From positions 3,232,001 through 3,296,000 of the forward strand of contig CAWIAD010000001.1 of the NCBI GenBank assembly GCA_963833985.1: a stretch of 64,000 nt of DNA, in the 5' to 3' direction. This DNA comes from an uncultured Planctomycetaceae bacterium (GTDB lineage Bacteria; Planctomycetota; Planctomycetia; Isosphaerales; Isosphaeraceae). Positions 20,351 through 32,449 of this stretch are shown here, in pieces. Below the pieces are notes generated by a model. The model made no database searches, was not told the DNA's origin, and saw only the letters and a list, made by a program, of their open reading frames with translations. The translations under genes and the position numbers were made by a program. Positions within the stretch are counted from its first letter, which is position 1, and each line of letters starts with the position of its first letter.

Positions 20351-23300
20351 ATGGTCAATCACGCCGAAGCATCCCGTAGCCTCCTCTTTGGCCTGCTCGC
20401 ACTTCAGAACGGAATCATTCACCAGGCCGCGCTGGTGGCCGCATTCCAGGCCTGGACGCTCGCGAAGGATCGCCCCATGGCCGAGATCCTGGCAGAGCAG
20501 GGGGCCCTGGACGCCGACGACCATGCACTCCTGGAATCGCTCGTGGCAAGGCACGTCCGGGCACACGGTGGAGATCCCGAGCGAAGCCTTGCGGACGTCG
20601 ACCTCGGCCGATCAACCCGGGAAAGCCTGATCAAGCTGGGCGATCCCGAGCTCGGCGCGACCCTCGGCCGCGTCCCGGCGGGCACGACCGAGGTGGGTGG
20701 AGTGGATCGGACCTCGAGCTACACGGTCGGCAGCGTCACATCCGACGGCCAGCGGTTCCGCATCTTGCGCCCGCACGCCCGAGGCGGCCTCGGTGCCGTC
20801 TACGTCGCGCTCGACGCCGAGCTGAACCGTGAGGTGGCGCTCAAGCAGATGCTCGACCGACATGCAGACGACCCGACCAGTCGGCAGCGGTTCGTACTCG
20901 AGGCCGAGGTGACCGGCGGGCTCGAGCACCCGGGGATTGTCCCGGTCTACGGACTGGGCGCCTATCATGACGGTCGTCCCTATTACGCCATGCGATTTGT
21001 CCGGGGAGACAGCCTGAAGGAGGCCATCGAGCAGTTTCATGCCTCGCGGTGCGGCGACGAGGATCCGGCCCGGAGTTCGCTCGAGCTGCGCAAGCTTCTC
21101 CGCCGCTTCGTGGATGTCTGCAACGCCATCGAATACGCGCACAGCCGGGGAGTGCTCCATCGGGACATCAAGCCGGGCAACATCATCGTGGGCAAGCACG
21201 GGGAAACGCTGCTCGTTGACTGGGGCCTGGCGAAACCGCTCGGCCGGAAGGAACCCGGGGCCCGGACCGAGGAGCGCACACTCGTCCCCTCCTCGGCAAG
21301 CGGCTCGGCGGAAACGCTGCCGGGATCCACCATGGGTACGCCGGCATACATGAGCCCCGAACAGGCCGCGGGCGATCTGGAACACCTCGGCCGGCGCTCC
21401 GACGTCTACAGCCTGGGTGCGACGCTCTATTGCCTGCTGACCGGCAGGCCGCCATTTGCGAGTGACGACCCCGGCGCGACGCTGAAGGCCGTGCAGAAGG
21501 GCGCGTTTCCCCGTCCCCGCAAGCTGGATCCAGGCATCGCCCGGGCGCTGGAGGAGGTCTGTCTCAAGGCGATGTCCACCTCGCCTGAGGATCGCTACTC
21601 CTCGCCCAGGGCACTCGCCGATGACATCGAACGGTGGATGGCCGACGAGCCGGTTCTGGCGTGGCGCGAGCCCTGGCCCGACCGAGCCCGCCGCTGGCTG
21701 GGGAGGCATCGTACGTTGATGACTGCCGCGGTCGTGGCCGCCACGGTGATCACCGCAGCGCTCGGCACCATCGCCGCTCTCGAGGCCCGGTCCAACCGCC
21801 AGCTTGCCGAGAAGAATGCCGAGATTCAGGGCGCTCGCGAGCGGGCTGAGCGGCGCGTTGGGCTTGCGCTGCGGGCAATCGAAAGTTTCCGCATGGCTGT
21901 GGATGAGAACGTTGACGTCAAGAACCGCCCTGACCTCACGCCGCTCCGCAAGACACTGCTCCGAGCGCCCAGGACTTCTACCAAGAACTTCGGCAGGATA
22001 TCGAATCCTCCGACGATGCGCATCCCGAGACACTGGGCCGGCTTGCCCAGGCTCTGCTGGGTCTCGCCGAGATCGCCGCGCAGATCGACTCGGTGCCGAA
22101 CGCCATGGCATCCTACCGGGAGGCGATCCGGCTGCTGACGCCGCTGGCACGGGAACAGTTCGACCCCGAGCTCCGGTCGCGGCTGTGCGCTCGCACTATG
22201 AGCTGGGCGCATTGCACTACCGTAGCAACTCGCCGGGCGAAGCGCTCGCCAGCTTCCAGCGCGCGTGCGAAATTCAGCGACCCTTGCTCGCCCAGCAACC
22301 GGGAATTGCGGAGCACCGCATCACACTCGCGAAATACATCAATGCTCTCGGAGTGCTTCATGCGAACGCAGAAAGGTTGGCGCAGGCCCGGGCTGAATAC
22401 GAGCAGGCACTGGGGCACGTCGCAGGGCTCACCGACACGCCCGGCAAAACAGAGGTACGGGCGGTTCTGGCCACGCTCCACAATAACCTCGCGGTCAACC
22501 ACCGCGATTCCGGCCGGCCTGCGGAGGCGATCGCCAGCTTCAAGACGGCCTGCGAGATCCAGCGCCTCGCTGCGCGACGATCCGGAGAACAGCAAGGACC
22601 AGAACACTCTCGCCGCCGTCCTCTTCAACCTGGGCGAGATCCAGCGGAGTGACGAGCGATTGAAAGACGAGTCGTTGGCCAGTTACAGGGAGGCGTCTGC
22701 CCTCTGGACCACATTGGCCCGCAAGCATCCCAGCGTTGCCGAATACCAGGAGAACCTCGGCAAGAATCACGGGCTGCTGGGTTACCTGCATCGCCTCGAG
22801 GGCCGTTACCCCGAGGCCAGGGACGAACTGACGAGGTGTCTCGAGATTCGTGAGGCCACGTTCCGGGAACACCCGACCGTCGCTTCCTACAAGATCGGCG
22901 TTGCCTGGACTCATTACAACCTCGGAATCGTCGCTCGCAAGCTCGGTCGACTACCGGATTCGCAGTCCCATCTCGAGCGGGCAGCGGAGCTATTCGGAGA
23001 ACTGGTGCGCGACACACCCGAGAATCTGTACAACTGGAACCTCCTGGGAAACGTCTTTGCCGCGCTGGGACAGACTCTCATGGATTCTGGAAGAGACGCG
23101 CAGGCGGTCGCCGCCTGCCAGCGGGCGATCGAGCATCAGCGCCGGGCGTTCGACAGGAACCCCACCCATGGCGACTACCGCAATGACCTGGGCTGGCATT
23201 ACCTTGGGTTGGCCGCGGTCCAGCGCAAGCTCCATCGACCGGCCGAGGCGGCCGAGTCCATCTCGCAATGCCTGAGCCTGCAAACGGCCGACGCTCGTCA

Positions 23301-23562
23301 GCTTCACGACGCGGCGCGCGGCCTCGCATCTTGCATCCCTCTGGTTTCCTTCGGGAGCTCGGCGCCGACGGCCGCAGAGCGGTTGGAGTACGACCGCCTT
23401 GCCGATCTTGCCATGGTTGCGCTGCGCCGCTCGATCGCCGCCGACCCTGGCGGCCCCGGAGGGATGGTCCGAGACCCCGACCTCAGGGCGCTGGGCTCTC
23501 GCTCCGACTTCCAGCAACTGGTCATGGACGCTGCCATGCCGAGCAACCCGTTCGCGCAGTGA
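20351..23562 (+). CDS. Hanks-type Ser/Thr protein kinase with TM helix and C-terminal TPR repeats (frameshifts ~21968, ~22190, ~22565)
   Basis: HARGGLG.VY, VALK, HRDIKPGN, DWGLAK, GTPAYMSPEQ, SDVYSLG; TPR ORFs continue in shifted frames to PSNPFAQ*. Confidence 0.9.
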
Positions 23563-23893
23563 TCCCGATCCGCCCAGGCCGAGACACGCACCGAGACGCC
23601 GGGCAAGCCAATGATGCCCGAGCCGGCGGGGTCAGACAATGGAGGTCAGCGATGGACTCTGACAGTGGTCGAAGCGTGCACGCGAGGCCCGATGAGGGCA
23701 AGCCCTGGGATAGCAGGAGGGATGACCACGGTTCCCCATGGAGTGCTTGTGTGGCAAGGACAATTGTGTCGATCATGATGAGAGTGGGAGAAGGCCAGGT
23801 ACGGGACGAGGAAAGTTGCAACGCGGCCTGGCAGCAGCTTCACATTTCCGAAGGACATCATCACTGGGCGATGCTCAAGGAAGCAGACCGGCC

Positions 23894-24313
23894 ATGACTT
23901 TCTACACGATCGGCTATGGCGGACGGGACCCCGAGGAGTTCCTCGGACTGCTTGCGGCGCACGGCGTGCGGGCCGTGGCTGATGTCCGGATTCGACCCGA
24001 GCGCGCCAGCATGGGCGCCTATACCCGGGCAAGGACGCCCGACAAGGGCATCGAGCACCTGCTCGCCAGTCGCGACATCGCGTATCATCCTATTCTCGAG
24101 CTGGGCAACCTGTTCTTGGATCGCGCGGACTGGCGCGTACCGTACCGGGAGTTGCTGGAGCGATGTGGCGACCTGCTCGTCACCCGCTTGCTCGATCTCC
24201 CGGCGCCGCTCTGCCTGCTCTGCGCGGAGAAGCGCGTGGCCGATTGCCATCGTCAGATGATTGCGGATCACATGGTCTGGTCACGCGGCTGGCAGGTCAC
24301 GCACATCGAGTGA
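23894..24313 (+). CDS. DUF488 family protein
   Basis: FYTIGYGGR...DVRIRP...ELGN...CLLCAE....CHR. Confidence 0.85.
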   Translation: MTFYTIGYGGRDPEEFLGLLAAHGVRAVADVRIRPERASMGAYTRARTPDKGIEHLLASRDIAYHPILELGNLFLDRADWRVPYRELLERCGDLLVTRLLDLPAPLCLLCAEKRVADCHRQMIADHMVWSRGWQVTHIE

Positions 24314-24350
24314 CCTGGCCACGGTGCGCTTGCGAGCGGCCGGTTCCGGC

Positions 24351-24896
24351 TCAGGCGCGGCCGATGCGCAGGGTCGCAACCATGCGCACCCAGCGGGAGT
24401 GGCGTTTCTCGCCCGGGACGACAAGCTGGAACGGACCGTCGCGGGCCGTGAGCGGCTGGCCATCGCGGCGGTCGGCCAGCAGGATCACTCTGTCGGTGAA
24501 GGCGGGGTCGATCTCGGGCAGGGCAAACACCGCGCGGTAGCCGTCAGACGCCTCGACCACCAGGTAGAGTGCCATGGCCTTGCCCCGGAGGTCGTTTCCC
24601 GTCGGGATGCCGGCTTTCTTGAGGATCTCGAACAGCGGCACACCCTCGTACTGCGATTCCTTGCCATCATGGGCCCGGGCCAGGACCGACTGGCGGGGGA
24701 GCTGCTGAAGCTCGGCTGCGGAAAGTACCAAGGGCCGGGCCACCTCACCCTCCAGCTTCAAGGCCGCGGGCGGCGGCGCGACCTGGGTGGTGGCGGATTG
24801 CTGCGATGCCGGCGTTGGCTCCAGGGCGGCCACACCGAGGCCCGCCGGGGCGGCCAGAGCAGCGATGAGGAAGCGAGCCAGCAGAGGGCGTCTCAA
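24351..24896 (-). CDS. Periplasmic molybdopterin-oxidoreductase-like domain protein
   Basis: TTG start with GGAGG RBS, signal peptide, YEGV.L, ASDGY, GPFQLVVPGEKRHSRWVR. Confidence 0.75.
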   Translation of the reverse strand: MRRPLLARFLIAALAAPAGLGVAALEPTPASQQSATTQVAPPPAALKLEGEVARPLVLSAAELQQLPRQSVLARAHDGKESQYEGVPLFEILKKAGIPTGNDLRGKAMALYLVVEASDGYRAVFALPEIDPAFTDRVILLADRRDGQPLTARDGPFQLVVPGEKRHSRWVRMVATLRIGRA

Positions 24897-24954
24897 GGCG
24901 GTCCTCCGGTCAACGGGTGAGTCGATCCAGCTTCCACTGGGGGGTGCAGGTGGG

Positions 24955-25694
24955 TCATGGCTTGGCGCTGGCAGGTCCGCGGTCGTGGCGAATGATGAGG
25001 CCTTCCTCCAGATACACGACGGTCTGGGCAATCCCGGTCGCGTGATCAGCAACCCTCTCCAGGTTGCGGGCCAGGTTCAGCAGCTCCAGCCACGCGTTGA
25101 TGCGCTCGGGCTGCGTGGTCAGGCCGGTCTTGAACTGTTTCCGCAAGGCGCGGTACCGGGTGTCGATGGCATCGTCGCCCGCGATCACGACCCGGGCAGA
25201 GGCCGCATCGCGACCGGCAAGGGCCGCGTAAGCGGCGCGTACCTGGGCCAGCACGTCACGCGCCATCTGCTGGAGAGCTTCCGGGATCGCCATCTCGCCT
25301 GCCTTGCGCGCAGCTTCCGGGCCCGCCTGGCCACGCGTAGCGCCAGGTCGGCAATCCGCTCCCAGTCGCGATTGACCTTGAGCACCGTGGCCATGCGCCT
25401 CAGGTCCGACGCGACCGGTTCGTAGAGCGCGAGAATCCGCAGGCATTCCTGTTCAATCCGCACTTCGCGGCGGTCGGACTCTTCTTCCTCGTCTTCCACC
25501 TCGCTGATGAGCTCGAAACGAGCTTCGCAGAGGGTCTGAACGCTCTTGTCGAGCGTATCGACGACCGCCTCCGCCAGGGAGAGCAGCTCGGACCAGATCT
25601 GATCCTGTTCGCGCAGGGAATGGCGGCCGGCCGGCGCCGGTTTCGACTCCGAACCAGGCGACTGGTTCGCCCCCATTCTGGGATCGGCTGCCAT
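24955..25694 (-). CDS. phoU: Phosphate signalling protein PhoU (frameshift ~25305)
   Basis: LYEPVASDLR, DWERIADLA, ARNLERVADHA..IA..VVY...G. Confidence 0.9.
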
Positions 25695-26151
25695 GATGGG
25701 AGTCCTTTCGTCGCGCGTCGTGGCGTCCTGACGTCAACAGTCGCTGTGCGCGTCGGCGGGACGCGCGAAATTCATTCTTCGTGCTCAGGGGCCAGTTTTC
25801 AAGGCTGTACGCGGCCGGACCGCCGCTGTCCTGCTTCCTTCGCGAAAAAAACATCACCCGGCAGCTCGTGGGAATTCTTCGTCAATGCACGTTGACATGA
25901 CGTAGTATAGGAGTAGAGAGAGTACCCGGTGGAACTCTCCGTGACGTGGACCCAGCCGGTGCCACGAGGTAATGTTCAAGCAGGAGGACTTGCACTGCCG
26001 ACGATGATGAACAGGAAGTCTGTCAGTGGATCAGGGAAGTCTTGAGCCAGGAATACAGTAAGAGTCCGAGCTATCGCCGCCGACGGGCGGTCATTCCTTT
26101 TCTCAACAACCCAGGTCGGGGCCGGGGATGCAACGAAGGCGTGCGTTCGGG

Positions 26152-26180
26152 CCGGTCGAGCCAAGCTCGGCCGGGCTTTT
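26152..26180 (+). terminator. Intrinsic terminator-like hairpin
   Basis: CCGGTCGAGC-caa-GCTCGGCCGG followed by GCTTTT. Confidence 0.55.
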
Positions 26181-26438
26181 CAGCCGTCGCGCATTCCCCA
26201 TTTCGGCAACGACCTGACCGCAGCGCCCGTTCGCCCGCCAGGCAGCCGATGCGCGCAACCCTCGACAGGAGGCCGCAGCCCCCTCGTTCGAAACCGATCA
26301 CGGGCCCGTGCCCGACACGGTGCACGCTGGCCTGCTCCGCCAAGAAACCGAGCAACCGGCACGGCCGGAAGGGCACCCGTGCGCTCCGGCTCCGCGCTGC
26401 CTGCTCTCCCTTTGCTTCAAATTCGAGAGGAGGAGAAT

Positions 26439-26711
26439 ATGAACCAACACACACTCGTTCGCATGTGGACGCTTTTTGGCACGGACAGCGGCAACGAGGT
26501 GGTGGACGACCGGCATATCGCTCTAGCCGATATCCCCACCGAGCTGACCTGGCAGGCCAGCCGATGCCACCTGAACGGCAACATCAAGGTCGTCAAGCTG
26601 ACCATCAGCCCCGAAGTGGAACAGCCGCCGGAGCCGAAGGACGATGACGAGCCCGAATTCTTCCCCGTCTACGGCATGCCGGACCTGAGCCGCTTCTACG
26701 ACGAGCTTTGA
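26439..26711 (+). CDS. Small acidic hypothetical protein (90 aa)
   Basis: Strong GAGGAGG RBS, G/C-ending codons, terminator directly downstream. Confidence 0.75.
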   Translation: MNQHTLVRMWTLFGTDSGNEVVDDRHIALADIPTELTWQASRCHLNGNIKVVKLTISPEVEQPPEPKDDDEPEFFPVYGMPDLSRFYDEL

Positions 26712-26732
26712 CACCGAATCTCCGCCTCGTCC

Positions 26733-26762
26733 GAAACCCGCCCCGCACAGGCGGGTTTCTTC
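26733..26762 (+). terminator. Intrinsic terminator
   Basis: GAAACCCGCC-loop-GGCGGGTTTC-TTC. Confidence 0.7.
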
Positions 26763-26790
26763 ATGCGCCGTGGTCGCCCTCATCTTCCTC

Positions 26791-26837
26791 TTGTACTTGC
26801 CTACGTCTGTCGGTAACATTGCCGACATTCGTAGGCA
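26791..26837 (+). promoter_or_regulatory. Promoter with two BlaI-type operators
   Basis: TTGTAC-17bp-TAACAT; palindromes TGCCTAC-gtct-GTCGGTA (26798-26815) and TGCCGAC-attc-GTAGGCA (26820-26837). Confidence 0.7.
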
Positions 26838-26909
26838 TTTTTCGTGGGCGATGGCCGTTCACGCCTGCGGACACTGGCATTCGCACAGGTCTCGTCCCGG
26901 AGCCAGCTC

Positions 26910-27323
26910 ATGACTGTGGAATCCGAGGATCGGGCGCCTCTGTCCGAGGCACAGATGGAGATCATGAACCTGGTCTGGGACCAGGGCGAGGTCACCGTGG
27001 CCGAGGTATGGAAGGCGCTCTCCGCGCGGCGGAGACTGGCGCGGAACACGGTGCAGACGATGATGGCGCGGCTCGAAGAGAAGGGCTGGCTGGTATGCCA
27101 GTCGGAGGGACACGCCTTCCGCTACCAGGCCGCGGTGCCGCGCCGGGATGTTCAGGGCATGATGGTGCGCCGGCTGCTGGACGCGGCGTTTGGCGGGTCG
27201 GCGGAGGGGCTGGTGTTGGCCCTGCTCGAAGGCCGGGGGATCTCGCTGCGCGAAGCCCAGCGCGTGCGTGCGCTGATCGAGCAAGCCGAGCAAGAGCGTG
27301 CGGGGAAGGGAGGCAAGCCATGA
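26910..27323 (+). CDS. BlaI/MecI/CopY family transcriptional repressor
   Basis: LSEAQMEIMNLVW...TV.EV...NTVQTMMARLEEKG; stop overlaps the M56 start (ATGA). Confidence 0.92.
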   Translation: MTVESEDRAPLSEAQMEIMNLVWDQGEVTVAEVWKALSARRRLARNTVQTMMARLEEKGWLVCQSEGHAFRYQAAVPRRDVQGMMVRRLLDAAFGGSAEGLVLALLEGRGISLREAQRVRALIEQAEQERAGKGGKP

Positions 27324-30300
27324 GCCTTGCCGACGAACTGATCCCCGGGACCGTCCAGCTTTCAGGAGTGGTGACCGGCCTGATCGCGACCGCGGGGCTG
27401 ATGGCTCTGATGTGCCGCCGGACCGGCGCCGCGGTGCACCATGCCATCTGGCTTTGCGCCCTCATCGGCACCCTGCTCAGCCCGCTGGCCCTCGTGGCTG
27501 CGGACCGGTCGGGCCTCAGGCTGACGACCATCTTGCTGGCTCGGCCCCAAGGTACCGCAAAGCCGAGCGCTCCAGACCTGACTCTTCAAGGGCCCGCTCC
27601 GCAGCCGGCGCAACCCGGGCTTCCGGATCGCCCCGCACTCCCAGCCGACCTGGCGATGCTCACCTCCCTGAACCCCTCTCCGGCAGGCGATCCGCCGGAG
27701 CGGGCGCCTGAGCTGGCACCGCTGTCGAGTTCGCTGGATCCGCCGCCCGCGGCCGCGCTGGCGAATGCTCCGCCCGCCGTGGAGCCGGATGCGCACGCCG
27801 CGGGCCGGCACGTCGACTGGCCCGCCGCGCTGGCTCCGGCCGCATTGAGCGTTTGGACGCTGGGGGTGCTGGTGCTCGCGGCCCGCTTCTGCGTTGGACT
27901 TTACAGGCTTCACGTCCTGCGGAGGTCAGCGCGCCCGGTGGACGAGCGCCGCATCCGACTCAGCCTGGAGGAGGCTCGCTCGCGGCTGGGGGTCGACCGT
28001 CTGCCGCCGATCGCGGTGTCGCCAGGCTTGAACACGCCGGTCGCGATCGGCCTGTTCCATTCTCTGGTTGTCTTGCCGGAGGGGTTGACCGAGACGCTCT
28101 CCACCAGGGCGCTGGGGGATATCCTGGTGCACGAATCGGCTCACATCCTGCGCCGCGATCCGCTCGTGGGGTTGCTCCAGCGCATCGCGGCGATGCTCTA
28201 CTGGCCGCACCCGCTGATCCACCTGCTGAACCGCCGGCTGGCACGAGCCAGGGAAGAGGTCTGCGACAACCACGTCCTGAGGCAGGGCGACGCTTGCGCT
28301 TTCGCCCGCACGCTGCTGGAGCTGGCGGAGTCCAGCCGGGGCAGTCGTCGCCTGGCTGGCTCGCTGCCCCTTTTGAACCCACGCTGGAAGCTGGAGGACC
28401 GGGTGGCCGGTCTGCTGGACCCGAGGAGGAAAGCCATGACACGGACGAAGGGATTCGAGATTGCAGGAATTGCCTTGCTGCTTTGTGCCACCGTCACGGC
28501 CCTGGCGGGCGTGCGGCTGGAGGCAAGGGACCGACCGGGCCTGCGCCAGGCCGAGGCCGAGACCTCTGCCTCCGCCTTCGCAGCCGAAGCGACGGCCAGC
28601 GATCATTCCCGGAAGATCACGGGGAGGGTGATCGAGGGGGCAACCGGCAAACCCGTGCAGAAGGCAAAGGTCCGCCTGGTCCGTCCCTGGAAGACAGACG
28701 GCACCGTGACGACCAGCGCGGAAGGCTCGTTCGCCATCACCTTCAGCAGCCCCCTGCTGCTGGACGAGGACATGATCGCGACGAGCCCGGATGGCCGGCT
28801 CATGGGAATCGCGACGCACCGCGTGCCGATCGACAGCCAGTCCGAACCGGAGCCCGTCGAGATCCGATTGCAGCCCGCCAGGGTTGTGAACGTCCGCGTC
28901 TGCGACGGTCGGGGCAATGCGGTTCGCCAGGCCACTGTCAAGGTCCTTGCCGACTGCGGTGGCATCGCCGAGGCCCGCACGGACGACGACGGCATGGCCC
29001 GCGTTCAGTACCCCGCGGGACGGCCCATCGACCATATCATCGCGCTCAAGTCAGGCGTGGGATTCGACTATTATGAGAACTTTGATTCCTGGCCCTCGCG
29101 TGCCAGGCCCAAGCCGCCCGATTTCGTGCTGCTGATCCTGGACGGCGCGCGTACGGGACGCATCAAGGCGGTGAACTCGGAGGGGAAGCCTGTCGCGGAC
29201 GTCCCGTTTTACGTCTTCATGATCCACAAAGAGAAGAAGCTCTCTTCCGCGAATCTCTCCGGCGCGGTGCTCTCCGCCACGACGGACGCAGCTGGGGTTG
29301 CCACATTCGACTGGCTCCCCGCCCGGACCGAGGACCCGGTGCAGGTGCTCTTGTGGCCGGGACCGTGGCATGCCACCATGCGATTCAATCTCGCCATGGA
29401 CGGGGCAAGTGCGGAAACGCAGGTTCGCCTGGTGCGTAAAGCCATACTGCGGGGCAAGGCGGTGCATCCCGACGGCAGCCCGGCGGCGGGCCTCCTGGTC
29501 AGGGCGGAAGGTCCCGGCAGGAACATGGACGACGAGCACGACCATGGTCACTCACGAACGGCGGCGGATGGAACCTACACCATCGCCGTGGCACCAGATC
29601 ACGCCTTCATGGTCGGAATCCACGATACGTCGTGGGCCGCGCAGCCTCACGAACGTCGTCCCCAGGCGTGAGGGAGAGACAGTCGAGCTTGCCGATCACC
29701 GGCTCGTCCGCGGCACGCTTGTGCAGGGGCGGATCACGCGGGCACCCGATGCGCGGCCCGTGGAGGGCCACTGGGTGTCGCTCGAGGAGAAAGGCGATCC
29801 GCTGCCGGGCGATTTCCAGCCGCTCAGCTTGGACAGTCGGCAGTGGCTCATGCGAACCACCCGGACCGACAAGGACGGCCGTTATTCGTTCCGCGTGGGG
29901 CCCGGCACGTACACGATGCACACCGTGAGCGGTGTCGTGAATCCGGAGACGCTCGCGATCGGTTCCGAGCCGACCATCACGCGGGATTATGTCTTCAGCG
30001 AACACGATGAACCGCGCGAGCAGCGCATCGAGGGGCTGGTGCGTGTGCGTACCGATGCAGGGCCGAAGCCGGTCGCCGATGCCATTGTCAGGGCGGCGAC
30101 CCGAAGTCCCGTACACGAGTGGACGGCGCGAACCAGCGACGGCGGCAAGTTCTCGATCTCGACATCGAGCGACATCGTGGCCTTCTACGCCCATGACCGC
30201 GACGGCAACCGCGCCGGGTTCGCCGAGATGCCCGGGGACGGGCAAGCGCTCACTATCGACCTCGAGAAGGCCGCATCCATCTATGGCCGGGTCGTCGATC

Positions 30301-32447
30301 AGCACGCCCGGCCGCTCGCCAACCGCACGGTCCAGGTTCAACTTTACCCCGGCATGAAGCTTCGTGCCCCCGCGAAATTCCGGCTGGAGATGCGGACCGA
30401 CTCCAAGGGCCGGTACCTCTTTTCCGGAATTGTGGTCGGCGGCGGCTGCGAGTTGACGGCTTATGAACCGGACCTGCATGCCCCGTATGGACCCGGATAC
30501 GTCAACAAGTCTTCGTTCGCGATCAAGACGCCGGAACGGCTGGTCCAGCCCGATATCGTGCTGCCAGTGGAGGAGAAAGGCGGGGACCCCGAACCGGGAC
30601 CTCAAGGCGCCCGGCCGCGATCCGTTCCCAGCGGCCCGACCCGCTCAGAGATCGCGGACCTGATCCGGGCGATCGGCCGCGACCCGGTTTCCGCCGAGCT
30701 CGCGGGCCGGATCGCGGCGCTCTTTCATCCCCGCGTCCTCTGGACCGTCGACTTCGCGCGGATGAAGCAGTTGGCGACCGATCCCGCGGCCGTGCGGCAG
30801 CTCGACGGACTGGCACAGCAGGTTCAGGGCAAGCCGCTCGACACCATCTCCCTCGTTCACATGGCAATGCGTGATCACGCTGGTTACGACGAGGCGATGA
30901 TGACGTGGATGTTACGGGAGTGGGTCGGCATGGAGAAGCAGCCGGTCGTGGCAATTCGGGGAACCGTGGTGGATGCCGAGAACCGCCAGCCGATCCCATT
31001 TCCACGCGTCTTCTCGGGTGATCGCAGTGCGGTGGCTGATCAGAATGGTCGCTTCCAGATCCCGGTGCGCATGAACGCCCTGGCCGACGGCGTTGCTCTC
31101 TGGATCGATGCCGAGGGCCACGCGTCGGGGCAGTACCTGGCGCGGCAGGCCGATGGGCTGACAATTCCTCTCCGCCGCGACGTTCCGTTCTTCGGCAAGG
31201 TCGTGGATCAGGTCGGCGCGCCGGTGGAAGGTGCCGAGGTCCGCGCGAGCGTGGCTGGAGCGCTCATGGTCCTGGGTGATACGAAGCCCGAGGAGTTCCG
31301 TCATGGCAGCCACGGCATCTTCCAGGTCCGCACTGACCGCGAAGGCCGGTTCTCGTTCCTGGGTGTGCCGGAGATTGATTCACCTGCGGCGCGGGCTCGA
31401 AACCTGGAAGAGGATCTCCTCCGGACTCTCGCCAGGGATCATGAATTCAACAATCCGCGCTGGCCCTTCACGATCAAGGTCAGGGACGTGGCTGGAAAGA
31501 CCTTGAGCGACCTCACCCTGTCCATTCGGGCTAAGGGCACGTCCGATCCAAACGATCTCAGTGCAATAGTCAATGCCAGGCGCGGCGTGATTGACGTCGA
31601 CTCGTCGAAAAGGATGATCCAGTTCGGGCTCGATGACGCCGAGATACAGGCCTTCAAACCAGGTGTAATCGACCGCGACCAGGAAAAGGACTCGATGGGG
31701 ATTGACCTCATCGGCGACGTGAAGTTGCAGACGCACGGCGATCGCACACACGTGAACGCTGACCAGGTGGAGATTCCCTTGCCGGCAGACTGGAATATCG
31801 AGCCCGTCAAACTCCCGGTCCATCTGGAAGTGAGCCATCCCCGTTTCCAGACCGCGAGCGTCTCCGCCACAGCCCCTACCAGCGCCGACGCCGCACCGCT
31901 CATCCGGCTGGAACCGGGAGCGGCCATCACGGCCCAGGTCTTCGACGAGAAGAACCATCCCGTGGACGATGCCATGGTCCAGGTGCGCGATTTCGAGCGT
32001 GGGCAGTCTCTGGTGACCGCATTCACGAATCGCGAAGGTATGTGCCACACGCCGGCCAGTCTCAAGCCTGGGCGGCACTGGATCGTGGTTCAGTCCGCGA
32101 ACCATGCCGCGGCGTGGCGGACGATCCTGGCCGGCGAGGTCCTCTCGGCCCACCAGTTCATCCTCGAGCCGGGTGAGTTCATCATAGGCAAGGTCGTGAG
32201 CGCGGGCGGCGATGCCGTCGCGGGCGCGGCGGTGGGCTGGGCTCAGCCGGTCACGCAGGACCCCCGATCAGGTCGATCGCCCGAGCTTGACACCATGACC
32301 GCCGCCGGAGTCGACGGCACCTTCCGGCTTGGTCCCTTGCCGCCCGGCGAGTTCGTCATCACTGCCGTGGCCCGTTCACCTCGGTGGGTCGGGAAGGTCT
32401 CCGCCAGGGCCGGGGCAACCGCCGTGATCACCCTCTCTCCGGAGTGA
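27320..32447 (+). CDS. BlaR1-like M56 metallopeptidase fused to carboxypeptidase-regulatory-like repeats (frameshift ~29645)
   Basis: ILVHESAHILRRD, YWPHPL, REEVCD; repeated G.V.D..G.PV..A.V ... TD..GRF units. Confidence 0.88.
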
Positions 32448-32449
32448 TC

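Noticed and set aside
23600..23897. Possible gene upstream of DUF488
   Set aside because: No recognisable motifs and atypical codon usage; at most a decayed remnant.
25921..26090. Firm 6S RNA (ssrS) annotation
   Set aside because: The fold is only suggestive, the -10 is weak and no typical neighbouring gene is present; needs a covariance-model search.
26910..32447. Beta-lactam resistance locus (blaI/blaR1)
   Set aside because: No penicillin-binding sensor domain and no beta-lactamase next to either BlaI-M56 pair.
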